Assembly: GCA_951406725.2 (NCBI GenBank)
Contig: OX597815.1
Coordinates: 52,452,001 to 52,516,000 of the forward strand
DNA from: Octopus vulgaris
Lineage: Eukaryota
DNA length: 64,000 bases
Direction: 5' to 3'
Shown here: positions 1 through 12,570 of the stretch, piece after piece
How the letters are laid out: the number at the start of each line of letters is the position of its first letter
Numbering within the stretch: position 1 is the first letter of the stretch
Translations under genes and position numbers: made by a program
The notes under the pieces: generated by a model
Database searches by the model: none
Told to the model about the DNA's origin: nothing
The model's input: only the letters and a program-made list of their open reading frames with translations

Positions 1-2
1 AA

Positions 3-642
3 TATAGCCAAATAATTAACAATAGAACTATTAGAATAGGATATAGTATCACGAATAATCTAGCCACCATCATCTCCTCCTTCAACAACAAGAAATTAGA
101 TTGCTTCTATAATGATAGAAAGATAAACGTGGGTGGTAGTGAAAATAAGTGCAATAATATCAACAGGAATAGGGCTACGGGGATTTCTGCCAGGGTTAAA
201 TCTCCTCAATCTGATAATGGCTGCAATTGCAGAAGCAAGAATCAATGTGTGTTTGGTAATAAATGCCTGATGAGAGAGGTGGTTTACCAATGCACTGTAA
301 ATACACAATACAATAGCAGGGTGTACATTGGTGCGACTAAAAATAGTATAAAACAACGGCTAAACTATCATAGATATACTTTTAAAAATAAAAATAGGAT
401 GAACTCTACGGGGTTAAGTACGTATATCTGGGAACTCAGGAGAAAGAACATAGATTTTAAATTAGATTGGGAAATACTAACATCTGCACCTGTATACAAT
501 AGTAGAAATAAAAAAATGCTCTTTATGTATAAATGAAATTTTCTTCATCATCAAAGCCGGCCAACCCATTATTAACAGCATTAATGAGCGAATTTTTTTT
601 TGCCTTCACAAATTGGCGTACACTTTCTCTAGATTTAAATAA
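3..642 (+). pseudogene. Penelope-like element linker + GIY-YIG endonuclease C-terminus (one frameshift)
   Basis: Frame 3 reads IINNRTIRIGYSITNNLATIISSFN..CNCRSKNQC..VVYQC..VYIGAT..RLNYHRYTF..LSTYIWELR..WEIL. After a frameshift in the A7 run (510-516) it continues KCSLCINEIFFII..FCLHK..FK* (stop 640-642). This is the typical PLE GIY-YIG layout. Confidence 0.9.
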
Positions 643-1947
643 CATCTAATTCTTCTACCAGTAATCTTTTAGCAATCCTCTATATAGGACTGTACTATTC
701 ATCCTTACAATTTATAATTTATAACTTTGTATCTCCATATGTGTGTTCTATGTTGATTGTTTCTGTCCCGACTGAAAAATATACAAAGATATATAGTTAT
801 TCCGATATATGCATGATATTCGGAACCCCACAGAGTCTTTTATCTTAGCACATCATATCTTAGGGCACTAGTTGGATTTTTTGCTATACCAATATGCAAT
901 ATGTGAGAGTCTATAATTAGTATAAGTTGCTTATCCCGATGAACATATAAGGTTTTTTTTTTTTTTTACAGTTGGCTTGTTGGGGGTTGTTGTATTTTTG
1001 CTGCACAAGCGTGGGCTCGGGTGGCGCTGCACCGGAGTTTGTGCGCCTGCGCATGCATGCGCGAGATCGTCCGCGCATGTGTATCAACGTGTGCACCCTC
1101 GCGCGCTGCGAATCAATTTAATTTAATTTATAATTAATGAACTTATATCTAAGTTAATAGTAACTTCTGTTTACTTTTTGTGTATGTAAATATACGTCTT
1201 TGGATGGGCAGACATATTTTTTAATTTATGATTTAGTAGATGTGGGTGGAGGTGTCGAGGTGTGTGAAAATGTGTTTGTGTACGTATGTATGTTTTTGTG
1301 CGTATAGGTATGTTCGTAGGTGGATGTACGGATGTATGTTTTTCTTATACATATAAGTACGCAGGTGCGTATTTTGATATGTATATATGTATATGCAAAT
1401 ATTTATTCATGGGTGGATATAAGTATAGGTTTTATTTGTACGTATGAGTGCGCAGACATATATTTAAATATGTATATATGTGTGTGCGAATGTTCCCTGA
1501 TATAGTATATAAGAGTGTATTAACATTTATGAGTATATGCGGATGTGCGTGTGAGTATGTGTGTTAGAGTATAGATACTGCTGCCTGTACTGATTAGTCT
1601 ATAAGCCATGCGATGACAGATATGCACTCTGCAATCTAGCGAATGTGTAGAGATGTGTCGGGGTGTATTCATGTGTGTGTGGGTATTTATGTGGACGTGT
1701 GGGTTTAGGGTTGGATGTGGATGTGTATGTTTTTCTTGTACGGTGTGGTGGAGGTCGGGCGGGTCTCAACGGACCAACCATGATGATGACAATGATAATT
1801 TTAAATTCAAATCCAATAGTATGTTTTTGTCATAAGGAAAATTACTAACTTGAACCCGGACATACATATGTGCCACTTCGGATCCTAATGTAAGCGTTAT
1901 TAATAATATTATGAATGAATGATAATAATGATAACATTAATTGTATT

Positions 1948-2123
1948 GACAATGATAATGATGTTAACTTTAATGACACTTTGGAAATTAGTAGGAAGTA
2001 ATATAATGTACTATTGACTATGTATATTTGCATCTGACAACGATAATGATGCTAACTTTAATGACACTTTGGAAATTAGTAGGAAGTAATATAATGTACT
2101 ATTGACTGTGTATATTTGCATCT
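1948..2123. repeat. 88-bp tandem duplication (2 copies)
   Basis: gacaatgataatgatgttaactttaatgacactttggaaattag...gcatct occurs at 1948-2035 and 2036-2123 with few substitutions. Confidence 0.9.
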
Positions 2124-2294
2124 AGGTACTAATATGTGTATGTTTATTATCGCAATATTAAGTTGAAGAACTGAAACATTGAATATGGAACGTATATATG
2201 TTTACTAATAATTTATATTATTTATTTACATTATTATGTATATGTATATTTTTATATGTATAGGAGTGTGAGTATATGCACTCATATGTATATG

Positions 2295-2427
2295 TATATC
2301 TCCGAGGAAACCTTATGATATTTTTGTAAATGTCTCATTTATATCTATATATTGACCTACCATAAAAGGCCAATATTGGTAAAATGAGACATACTTATCT
2401 ACATGGCCGAAACAGCTGTAAGATGTA
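2295..2427 (+). ncRNA. Degenerate type I hammerhead-like motif with ~100-nt stem II (PLE 3' region)
   Basis: tatatct-CCGAGGA (2302-2308), then a long hairpin (atgtctcattt/aaatgagacat), then GAAA-C-AGCT-G-TA (2409-2420), then agatgta. Stem I has 7 bp and loop III is palindromic. The base of stem II (aacc/ggcc) is mismatched. Confidence 0.55.
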
Positions 2428-2656
2428 ATCTATACTTATATTTATATTTACTTATATGTATATTCTCTTTTTTATATATATTCTACTTATTATACAACAT
2501 CACTCTTTTATGTACACTTTTTTATGTACACTGATTTGTTCTGCTTTTTTATGTTTAACCCTACAGTCTCTTATGTGGTGGTTTAATAAAGTATGTGATT
2601 GAGTATCATCTGGTAATTGATATTTGATTTAGATGTATTTCTCCATTTTCTTATCT

Positions 2657-2724
<68 letters not shown>

Positions 2725-3472
2725 TACATACGTACATACATACATACATACATACGTACATATATATATATATACTTATATACATATATACATATACCAT
2801 ATTATTATTTAATTGAACGCCACGCATCCATTTCCAAGTAAGTATATAAATATATGTGTATGTGTGTTGACAGAAGGGCTAGTACTGTTATGAAGTCTTA
2901 ACTTTTTCGAGCGATTTGATGTTTGAATGCTATGAGTACGAAATATTCCATTTCTACGAATAGTTGTATGACGTTCTTCACGTCTGTGAGAACGCTTGTA
3001 TATTTTCCTTTGCATTCTCTTTGGATTCCTGTATAATTTCCATATTTTTGTGATTCCTTCATTCCTAATTTTACTTCTATTTTCACACCTTTGCATCATT
3101 TATTTTCTTACTTGTATCGTTAGCTTTCCTTTGCATTCGATTTTTCATCTTTTATCTCTTGGAGTTATTTTTTTTCTTTTTGCTTCTAAATTAAATTTGA
3201 AAATATTAAATTAACAAGCTTTGAAGTGATGAAGAAGAAATGTGATCAAATCATGTTGGAGGCAAGACAAGAGAAGAATTAATGATACTTATGAAAAGAA
3301 GGGAAGGAAGGATGAAAGGAAAGGATAAGAATCAAGAAGATAGGGATTAAAAGGAATTGAGATAAATTGGGACATTTACGATATTTACACATAATTATCA
3401 CCGTAATAGAAATTATTTGAATATGTTTAATTAAATGTTAAACACGAATTCTTGTGTACATTTCTACACGAG

Positions 3473-3614
<142 letters not shown>

Positions 3615-4721
3615 TTTACATATGTGTAAATGTGTAATCATTCATATATTAGGTAATAATTAGTTAAGATACTTGCATTTTATTTATCTATTCATATATC
3701 TATACATTTCATGCATGTTGGATGCATAAATATGTGTACATGTGCATCACTTCATTTAATGTGTATATGTGTCTGTAAAACTTTATATATGTTTGGATAT
3801 TTAAAAACGATAAATGATGTTCATGCGTTCAAGTTTTTGCTCGTACATATTTGCATATGCACCATATTTACCTATCGATATAAGACATATCTATATATCA
3901 ATCTGTCTGGCTGTATGTTTAACTATTTATGTATCTATCTGTGTTTGTGTGCGTACATCTGTATTACACTCACACATGTCTGTGTGGTTATAAGAAGTTA
4001 TATAGAATAGATATTAAGTGTCTAGCTCGGTGCTGTGGCCCAGTTTCTATTTCTAGGATGCAGTTATTTTAGTTTACACTCCCAGTGTTCATGTGAAAAC
4101 AATGAATGCTAAAACTTTTATTTAGTCACTTTCTGAAATCAATAGGAAAGACGCAAAAATGATGGATATCTTTGATAATGAAAGGTCAAACAACTGACTG
4201 GTTTCTTACGAATAAAGAAATATGTACATGCATACATACACCCTCACACATTCAAAATCCCCACCCACACATTACATATGGAACTGAGGCTTCCTTTCTT
4301 TGCTATTCAAAATTTTGCGTCTCTACTTGTCAAGCAGCTAGTACGAGGGCAACAGGAAACTGTATTATAAAGATTCATTTTGAATAAGGTTTAAAATAAA
4401 TGCTAGTCTGTAATGAAGAAGAGAAAACTAGCAGTAGACGTACAATAAATAAATATATAGTTAAATCGGTTATAAATATTATAGAGTGCGATCCATATTT
4501 CAGCTTGAATGTCATTCTCAATAATGTAAAAACTTCTCTAAATTCAATACCAGAATTACTTCCCAATAAATCATAAATATCGGACAATCTTTAATAAAAG
4601 TACTGTAAAGATCAGATGTTGGTCTACCCAAAACACTGAATTGGAGAAGTCTAACAATACATAAGCAAAAGTTGTTTACTTCGTTGTCATTGCAATAGTA
4701 TTACACTTTGCCTTCTTAATT

Positions 4722-4935
4722 CTTTCTACCAAAAGCGTGAAACTTGAAATTATGTGAGTGGGGGATGTAGTCGATTATTTCGACTACAATGCTGGTCTGG
4801 TAGTTATTTTATCGAACCCGAAAGGATAAAAGGCAAAATTGACATCGGTGGAATTTGAACTCATAACGTAAACCTTATGGAAGAAACGCCGCGTAGAATT
4901 TTGTCCAGGGCGGTAACAATTCTGCCAGTTGGCTG
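4722..4935 (-). mobile_element. tRNA-derived SINE family A (diverged copy)
   Basis: Reverse complement of the family A core: ttatcgaacccgaaaggataaaaggcaaaattgacatcggtggaatttgaactc. Confidence 0.75.
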
Positions 4936-4969
4936 CATTGCTTTGTCTTCTTAACAATAAGTACCTTAG

Positions 4970-5590
4970 AGACAGCGAGCTGGCAGAATCGTTAGCACTC
5001 CGGGCAAAATGCTTAGCGGCCTTTTATCCGTCTTTAGGTCCAGAGTTCGAATTCTGCCGAGGTCGACTTAGAAAAGTGGAGTCGATGTTATTGACTTACC
5101 GGATCTTTTCGGTTTGAACGGCAGTTTTTAAAAATAATTTCCACGTAACTAAACACTTTTAAACTTCGTATACTGGTAGAATGTGTTTATAAAACATCTT
5201 TTTCTCTTGGCTTTATTGAGAAAATTCTATAGTTTGAAAGATATTTGTTGTTTTTTTCTTCAATTTCTGCAATTTCAACCAATCAATGACGTCTATTGAG
5301 GTGAAAACATTCTGTGCCGCATGAATATGTCCCTCGTTTAAGAAACAGATTGGGTTTATTTACATTTCTGAAGAAAAAAGATACCCTTCCCCCCACCCCT
5401 AACCCTAAACCAACTAACCCTAACTAACCCTAACCCTTAAACAGATTGAAATGCAATAGATCGATACTAGGGTCATAATTATGGGTGACAATTTCATATA
5501 ACACCGCTAGAAAAAAACTGCCGTTCAAACCGAAAAGATCCAACTTACCTCCTCCCCCAAACACACTGGGCTTGTGCAAAAATTAGAAAG
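4970..5590 (+). mobile_element. SINE family A interrupted by a MITE
   Basis: The head gcgagctggcagaatcgttagc..gagttcgaattc (A/B-box-like) precedes the MITE. The SINE resumes after 5541 with cctcccccaaa..ggcttgtgc. Confidence 0.8.
5101..5541. mobile_element. MITE with GGATCTTTT termini, ~29-bp TIR and 8-bp TSD (superfamily unresolved; Merlin- or hAT-like)
   Basis: TIRs ggatcttttcggtttgaacggcagttttt / aaaaactgccgttcaaaccgaaaagatcc. Flanks gacttacc / aacttacc. Internal ccctaa repeats. Confidence 0.9.
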
Positions 5591-6254
5591 CAATAGTAAG
5601 TAACTTAACAAGGCCTTGATATATTGCGATACAGTTTCTCTTGTAAAGATAGCAGAGAATTAAGAAAAAAAAAGTCAAAAATAATTATTATGGAAAAATC
5701 TAAAAAATTAAAACATTCAATGTACCTACTCTTTCAGATAACCAGAGAAACTTAATGTAACTTCACTTTCTCTATATGCCTGAAGTCTAAAGGATAAAAT
5801 ATTGAAAATATTAAAATAATCTAGTCTCTTGGTCTCTTTATATAAATGGGTCTCTTTATATAAATGGTTTTACAATATCCTTTATATTCGTTGGAAAATT
5901 TAATATCGTAATGCACATATTTAATATGCTGAACAGAAAATCTGAGATAATCTTCACTTGGCAGTGAGAAAATGATTTATTTGAAGAGTTTAATTTCTGA
6001 TGTAATCTTTACAAGATTTTTTAAAATCCCTTTTATTTCATATAGTTTTCTATGTTGATTCTTGCAGTTCCATTCAAAATTTTTCCTTTTTCTGCCATTA
6101 TATAATTACTGAATATTTTTACATAAAATTTATACGTAGCCAAATCTAAGAGAGAAAAAGAGAGGGAGGGAGAGAGGGAAAGGGAGAAGATATGAGAGAA
6201 AAAGAAAGAAGAGGAAAGAGAAAGTGAGAGAGGAATCTAACACCAAATTTGATT

Positions 6255-6378
6255 GATACTTTATTTATCGATACCGAAAGGATGAAAGGCAGAGAAGAAT
6301 TTGTTTACACAATACAGAAAGCCAGGACAATCACCGCAAAGCATTCTATCAGATGTTCTGGCGAGCCCGGCATTTCGC
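6255..6378 (-). mobile_element. SINE family A fragment
   Basis: tttatcgataccgaaaggatgaaaggcag motif. Confidence 0.65.
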
Positions 6379-6384
6379 TTTACA

Positions 6385-6612
6385 CATACATACATGCAGA
6401 AATACATACATACACACAAACATACATACACACATACATACATGCATACATACACGCATACATACATACATACATACATACATACATACATACATACATA
6501 CATACATAAGTACATAAGTACATGCATGCTTGCCTGCATGCATACATACATACATACATACATACATACATACATACATACATACATACATACATACATA
6601 CATACATACATG
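6385..6612. repeat. (CATA)n microsatellite
   Basis: Direct reading. Confidence 0.95.
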
Positions 6613-7043
6613 CATGTGTGTGCGTGCGTGCGTGCGTATGCGTGTGTATGTGTATATAAGTACCAAAGCACACACTCATACATACGTGCGCGCGCACAGA
6701 CACACACAAATAGATGCATAGATACGTATGTGTGTTTATATGAGTAAGGAGGGAGTAAAAATCGCACATCAAAGACCAACAACGTGAAGTATACATGTCC
6801 GACTGATATATAACTTCCTTTATATCAAACAGTCGGCTTGCCTTTCTATTGTCGAGAGATCGATAAAATAGTACCTGACAAGGTAGTGGTGTCCATATAA
6901 ACGACTAAAATAAACCCATTAAAAATGGTTCTCTAGACTGGCGTTGTCCAGGTTAACTGAAATTATAAAAGATAGAAAAATATCGCACATATACGTCTGT
7001 ATATGTGTGAATGTGTATATGTGTGTGTATGTGTGTGTGTGTA

Positions 7044-7412
7044 TTTTTCATCTGTTTCAGCCATTAGACTGCGACCATGCTGGAACATTGCCTAGAAGAA
7101 TTTTAGTCAAACAAATCGACTCCAGGAAGTAATTTTTTTGAATCCTAGTACTTGTTTTATCGGACTCTTTCACTGAACCGTTAAGATACGGGGACGTAAA
7201 CATACCAATACCGGTTGTCAAGCGGTGGCGCAGGACAAACACGGACTTAAAGACTCACCCCCCCAACACGACAGGCTTCTTTCAGTTTCCTTCAACCAAA
7301 TCCACTCAGTAGGCTTTGGTCGGTCTGTTGCCCAAGGTGCTACGCAGTGAAACTGAACCCGGAACCATGTGGTTGGGAAGCAAACTTCTTACCACGTAGC
7401 CTCACCTGTGCC
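7044..7412 (-). mobile_element. tRNA-derived SINE family B (CORE-like)
   Basis: Matches the copies at 24777, 25497, 27100 and 39746 (ggcttctttcagtttcc, gcccaaggtg, gaacccggaaccatgtggttgg). Confidence 0.85.
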
Positions 7413-7539
7413 TACGCACCTACACACGCGCGCACACACATAGACACACACACGCGCGCGCATACACATATGTGTGTGTCTGTATATATCTGTATATGTG
7501 TGTGTATGCGTATTATATGTGTATGTATATATATTGCTG

Positions 7540-10309
7540 TACTTCGGGACGGTCATTTTATTTATTATTACCAAATAAACACACGCACTATATATTTTTT
7601 TCTTCACTCTTATAATACTGTTCTTATTTTATTATTTTAACGCTTGTCCATTGTCTGGAAATCTTTCGTCACACATCTGTGACTTCTTCAGCGACACTTT
7701 TCGTTTCTCTGTGTGTTCTTGTTCCATTCACTCCATTCTGTCTTCTAAGATGTGTATCTTTATGCGCTTTTGTGTGTATATGTCTGTGTATGTGTGTGCG
7801 CGCGCGCCTGCATATGTGTGTGTGTGTGTATGCTTGTGTGTTTCATAGGTTTTGGCAACAGTGTGGCATTCCCCTCAGTCCCAGCCTCTTACCCCATTGT
7901 GCTGCTGCTGCTGTCTAAGACCCGAGAACTGAAAGTAAGGTACAGTTCCTGTATTCCTTTGTGTATCTGTGTTCGTCCACAGTGTTGCCATTGTGGTAGT
8001 TGTTGTTATTGCCTTCGTCGGCACCGCTGCCGCTGCCGCCGCCGCTGCTGCTGCTACTGCTGCTGCTGCTGCTGACCATGTTAGTTGTGTTGTTGACAGC
8101 ATATGGCTGTCCATGAGATTTCATGTTTGTGTGATTGTATGTGTATGGGTTCGCTTCGTATGTATCCATAGCCTTTATATAGTTTTATTTATTTATTTTA
8201 TCTATCTCTGTCTTACATTTATGTAGCAGATATATTTATTTATTTACTTATTTATTTATTTTTCTATCTATTTTTCATGCATCTATCTCTATTTCTCATA
8301 CGTATCACAGTTAAGTGCATATATGTCTATTGTGTGTGTATTACTCTGTATGTATCTGCGCATTATTTACGTTTTATTTTTATTTTTCCTCTCTCTTCAC
8401 ATCCCTACTGTCTTTAGTAATGTGGTGTGGTGGTGGGTGTTACTGTTCCATTCATGTTTTCTATTGAGGTTCGGTCTGTCTACTGTTATGTGTATAGCTT
8501 CGTAATCAAGCGTCGTGTCAGTTCTATGTCGATAGTACTTTAACCTCTATGTTTATTAATCGAGCCTCCATATCCTGCCTGAGTATGTTGTCAGAGCACT
8601 GACAAGCTGACAAGCTTTTCCCTTCTTTGAGCTCTCGCCAATATTCACCTATACGTAGTCTCTCCTATGTAGGCAGTTGCCATGTTTCTGCACCGTCCCT
8701 CAGTACATCGTAAGCTTATACATTACATTCCTAACCTTACAGTTAATCCGTGGGTCCATCCTACATACAACATAGTTGCACTCCGTACAGGGGGGACTTA
8801 TCAAAGGGATAGGTATTGCAAATTAGGGATTTTAAAGGAGGACCAGTCCTCTCCACTACTTTAATTCCTATTTTAGCCTTCTTTAAGGGTTTTCTAAAAA
8901 GATGTGCTAGGTCGCTGCCAGGGGTTGCATCAACGAACAGGACACTGATATTTTCTGTTGTCATACCAAGTGTTGGCCTTATTTATCTTATTACCGGCCC
9001 TTTCCTTGCTGTTCCAGGATTTGCTCCTGTACAGCGGATAGATCCCCTTAGCATCATCCTCTATGATGGCTTTGTACTTAGTCCTGGCTCCTTTGTACAC
9101 TTTTATCCTGTCCTTTTGGTTGTAGCCAAAGAACTGCAAGCTGTGAATGAAGTGTCTTTCCAATTCCATAGGATCTCAAATGCGAGACACATTCCTCATC
9201 ACTCTCACCAAGTCAGCTATCAGAATGTTGAAGCTGGTGTTGTCTGCAATCGATGTGTCCTTGTGAACAAGGTACTTAGAGGACATGGGTTTGGCATAAT
9301 TTGAATGAAGGATCTGGACCTTACTGTTCTTCGTTTCTAGCCAGAGTTCAGTAACTAAAACGAGTAACCTATAGTTAGTGTGCTTATTAGGGTAATCTAT
9401 CGTTATTTCTTACTCTGGTGGATAGAGTTAGCTATTTGCTGGATGCTCTCCATAATGTTAGCTCTAGATCATCAGCATTGCCTTGTAAGGGTGCTCTGGC
9501 TACTATGTTGATATCATCCACGTAGCGGGAGTACATGGTTAGGTTTATGGAGATCTCTGCTTATTTCTCTTTAAGTCTCCTATCCCACCATACCATAAAT
9601 AGGTTAGCCACATCGCCAGCTATACTGACACCGATGGCTGCACCTTCCTTTTGGGTGTATATCTTGTTATTTAACTTAAATATATGGCCCTTGAGTGTGG
9701 TCTTGGTACTCGCACCCACCGCATGTGCGACTATCTTTTTAACGTGATCATTATTTTCGGGGGTGCGTATAGCTCTGGTTTCATCTCTCTTTGTGGTCTT
9801 CTTGGCTATAGAAATTATAGTGTGGGGTGGGGTCTACCTCTTATCGATCTAGTGAGGCAGAAACAACTAAGGTCATGTTTATCTAAGTACTCATCGTTGC
9901 ATGTCAGTCTGAGGAGGAGTCCTACACCATGGAACTCCACATCACTCTCGCTGATCACCTCCACACATTTCTCTCCAGCAAAATCAACATCAATTGATGG
10001 GTATAGGGACACTACATCCATACTGCCAATTATGCATCCTGTCAGGTTGTAGGCATGGTTGCACTCATTAATTCTGCTGAGGAGCTCCTCTGTGTTGTCA
10101 CACACATCTGGGGACATTTTTATCAGGGAGTGTATGATCATTGAGAGGAAGTAAGAGATCCAGTGGTCCTGTCACTAGGTCGGTGTACGTCTTATGGTAC
10201 TTGCGCAGTCGATGCAGTGTCGAGATGTCGTTGTTGGCGGCCTGGAAGTTGTTGGCCGTGCGCTTCTTTGCCCCTAGGATGTTTGACCACATCCTCATAT
10301 GAGCATTGA

Positions 10310-10361
<52 letters not shown>

Positions 10362-11330
10362 ATACTCCCGTATCGTTGTTTCCCTCATATTGGTGATGTG
10401 GAGTTGTATCGCCTGAATATTCGGCAGGCTGTGTACCGACATTCTGCAGGACTTGTCCGTGCAGAAGCACACGACTTCCTTATTTCTTGTGCACTGTATG
10501 AGCTTGCGCAGGTCACTTGCAAACTTCTTGTCGGATTGCTGTGCCACTTTACCACTCCGTCTTCTAGTGTATTGTTATAAAATCAGTTTAGTACTGGCTA
10601 TGTTGAATCGTGCTTCCATTTCATCGTTTGTCTGTTGAGGGATGCAAACTCTTTTGTTGAAGGGTAGGGTTGTCGGATAAATACGGCTCATATCGTATGA
10701 TTTATCCCATAGATTGAAGAATAGGATCTGCAAAGGGTTGGTGTCATTTATATCCGTTGTACTACGGTCTGGTATATCATTTCTCTGGTTACCGCCTCCT
10801 TGTTGTGTTTGTCGTTGTTGTTATTGGTGGTAGTGATAGTGGTGGTGGTATTTCAATGTGTATTGTTGTTGTCAGTAATGTTTGTATTGGTTTGCATATT
10901 GACATAGTTGTTACCATTATTGTCGTTATTCTTGTTATAGTTGTCGTTGTTACTGTTATTACCATCCCCACCGTTAATCTTATTACTGTTATCTCCCGAT
11001 CCAGCTGTTCCTACTATGGCTACTCTGTTCCTATCTTCGCTGTTCCTACTATTGCTATTCTGGCCCCTAAGTTTGTATTTTTTTGGTATCGTTCTTCTCT
11101 ATCATTGTCGTTGTTATTGTTGTTGTTACCATTATCGTTGTTCCTCGCGGCGTTAGTCTCTGTTATGTTGGCCTTTCCAAATCTCGCATCCCTCCCTCCA
11201 TTGTTGCTGGTGCTGCCCTTGACCCATAGTCTAAAGTTGTTCCTGTATTTTTTTTGTGTTTGTGTGTTCGTTGATACTGTCCTCTTGAGGGTTGTTGTTG
11301 TTAATGCAGCTGTTTGACGAGATATAATAT
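7540..11330 (-). mobile_element. Near full-length decayed Penelope-like retroelement (N-terminus, RT, GIY-YIG, 3' repeat); possibly Naiad-type
   Basis: Minus-strand motifs in order: TLPFNKRVCIP, EVVCFCTDKS, IGSMDVVSLYPSID, QKEGAAIGVSIAGDVANLFMVWWD, YSRYVDDIN, VLFVDATPGS, CKVRNVMY..RC..AYIGETT. The 3' segment 7540-7700 is homologous to 23705-23875. Many frameshifts and a (GA)n insert at ~10312-10358. The clade label is inference. Confidence 0.88.
7652..7696 (-). ncRNA. Minimal type I hammerhead ribozyme motif in PLE 3' repeat
   Basis: Minus strand: tgtcg-CTGAAGA-a-GTCAC-agatgt-GTGAC-GAAA-gatt-TC-cagaca. Core boxes are intact. Confidence 0.75.
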
Positions 11331-11922
11331 ATTCAGAAGATTCAGAAAAATTATATTACATACATATAAAAGGCTGACCACTACGTGGATATCCATTATG
11401 CTACAAGTAGATCCGCTATGGTCTTACTACTAAGAAAAGAATGTCCTCAAGAAAATTTAGCAAACACCAGAACGTAAGCGAGCAAGACAAATGAAAAGCA
11501 ACAAAAATATAGATTAATCATAAACTAGTTTCGCTATTAACACTTACGAAATTATTTACGTAATTGTCCGTAGTACTTCAGTATGATCGTCATTGCAAAT
11601 ATAATTTGAAAAACTATACACTGCATGAGATTGAATATGTATACAGTTCTACCAATTACACTTGGAGTTATTTTTTAAAAGTCTTGGTTCTGGCGCGCTA
11701 AAATACCGGAAAATTCACAGGACCCGACATTTTCCTCCTGATAACTTTCTGGAAATAGGTATTTTTTAATGAAATTTTATTCAAATACCTTTCAAACGGT
11801 GTAGGTTACGATTAGAAAGAAATTTGTAGGTAAAAGCTTTGGAAGTGGAGGGGGATTTTCTGGAAAACAGATTTTCGGATCAGTCGGCTCACATAAGTTG
11901 GAATTTCTCCGTCTTGACGGGT

Positions 11923-12320
11923 ATTTTTTCCAATGTTTTTCTCCAGAGTCTTCAAAATGATGAGAGGCATCTTTTTACGAAAAAAGAAAAGAAAAAATTT
12001 TGAAAATTTATTTTCTTTCACTCCTGCAATCCCCTCACCACCCCAGTCCGAAACGATTTTGGTAATTATTTTTTCATTATGCACTTAAAACCCGCGAGAG
12101 AAACATTTTCAGTTTTTAAAAAATGTTAAGAATTTCAAAGGAAAATATGTGATTTAAGGGAAATCTGGCTGTTGTTTCTAGCACATCCCCAAACCCCCTT
12201 CCTCGTCTCACTCACACATCTATTGATATTTTTCAATATTTTTCTCCCCATAAACAAATTTTATGGAATGATGATGTCAAAGTAACACACGTGTAGTCCC
12301 AACCGAGCGAGGCCGTGTTA
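11923..12320 (+). mobile_element. Unclassified dispersed repeat (possibly non-autonomous Helitron-like), homologous to 13775-14054
   Basis: Collinear shared blocks ggcatc.tttta.gaaaaa, cgattt.gg, aaaacc.cg.gagaa and gatttaag..gctgtt.tttctagcacat. A GC-rich ccgagcgaggccg lies at ~12304. Confidence 0.4.
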
Positions 12321-12419
12321 TGTGTGTGTGTAAGAAAAAAGACACCTAAAAATGACGCGTGTAATATAAAATATGCTAAGATAATCTGAAAACAATAGAA
12401 ACTTTTAAACGTTTACCGG

Positions 12420-12570
12420 TTTTTATGAAATTTTTGGTTTAACGGACTAGAGTTAACGGAAGTTAATTAGTCCGATAATAATTTTCGAAGTTAACTTAAA
12501 AGTTAAATCGTTAACGAAAGTGTTAACTTCGTTAATTAATGATTAACAGATTAACGGACTTACACGCAGC

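Noticed and set aside
5397-5438. True telomere or chromosome fusion site
   Set aside because: The tract is short, degenerate and internal to a TIR/TSD-bounded MITE.
8680-8830. Selenocysteine recoding, as reported for some Naiad PLEs
   Set aside because: The linker and endonuclease cysteines I could read are TGT/TGC. I saw no in-frame TGA at Cys positions and recognised no SECIS.
10757-11317. 186-aa hydrophobic ORF resembling a membrane protein
   Set aside because: It is the antisense of the low-complexity AAC/AAT-rich 5' region of the minus-strand PLE.
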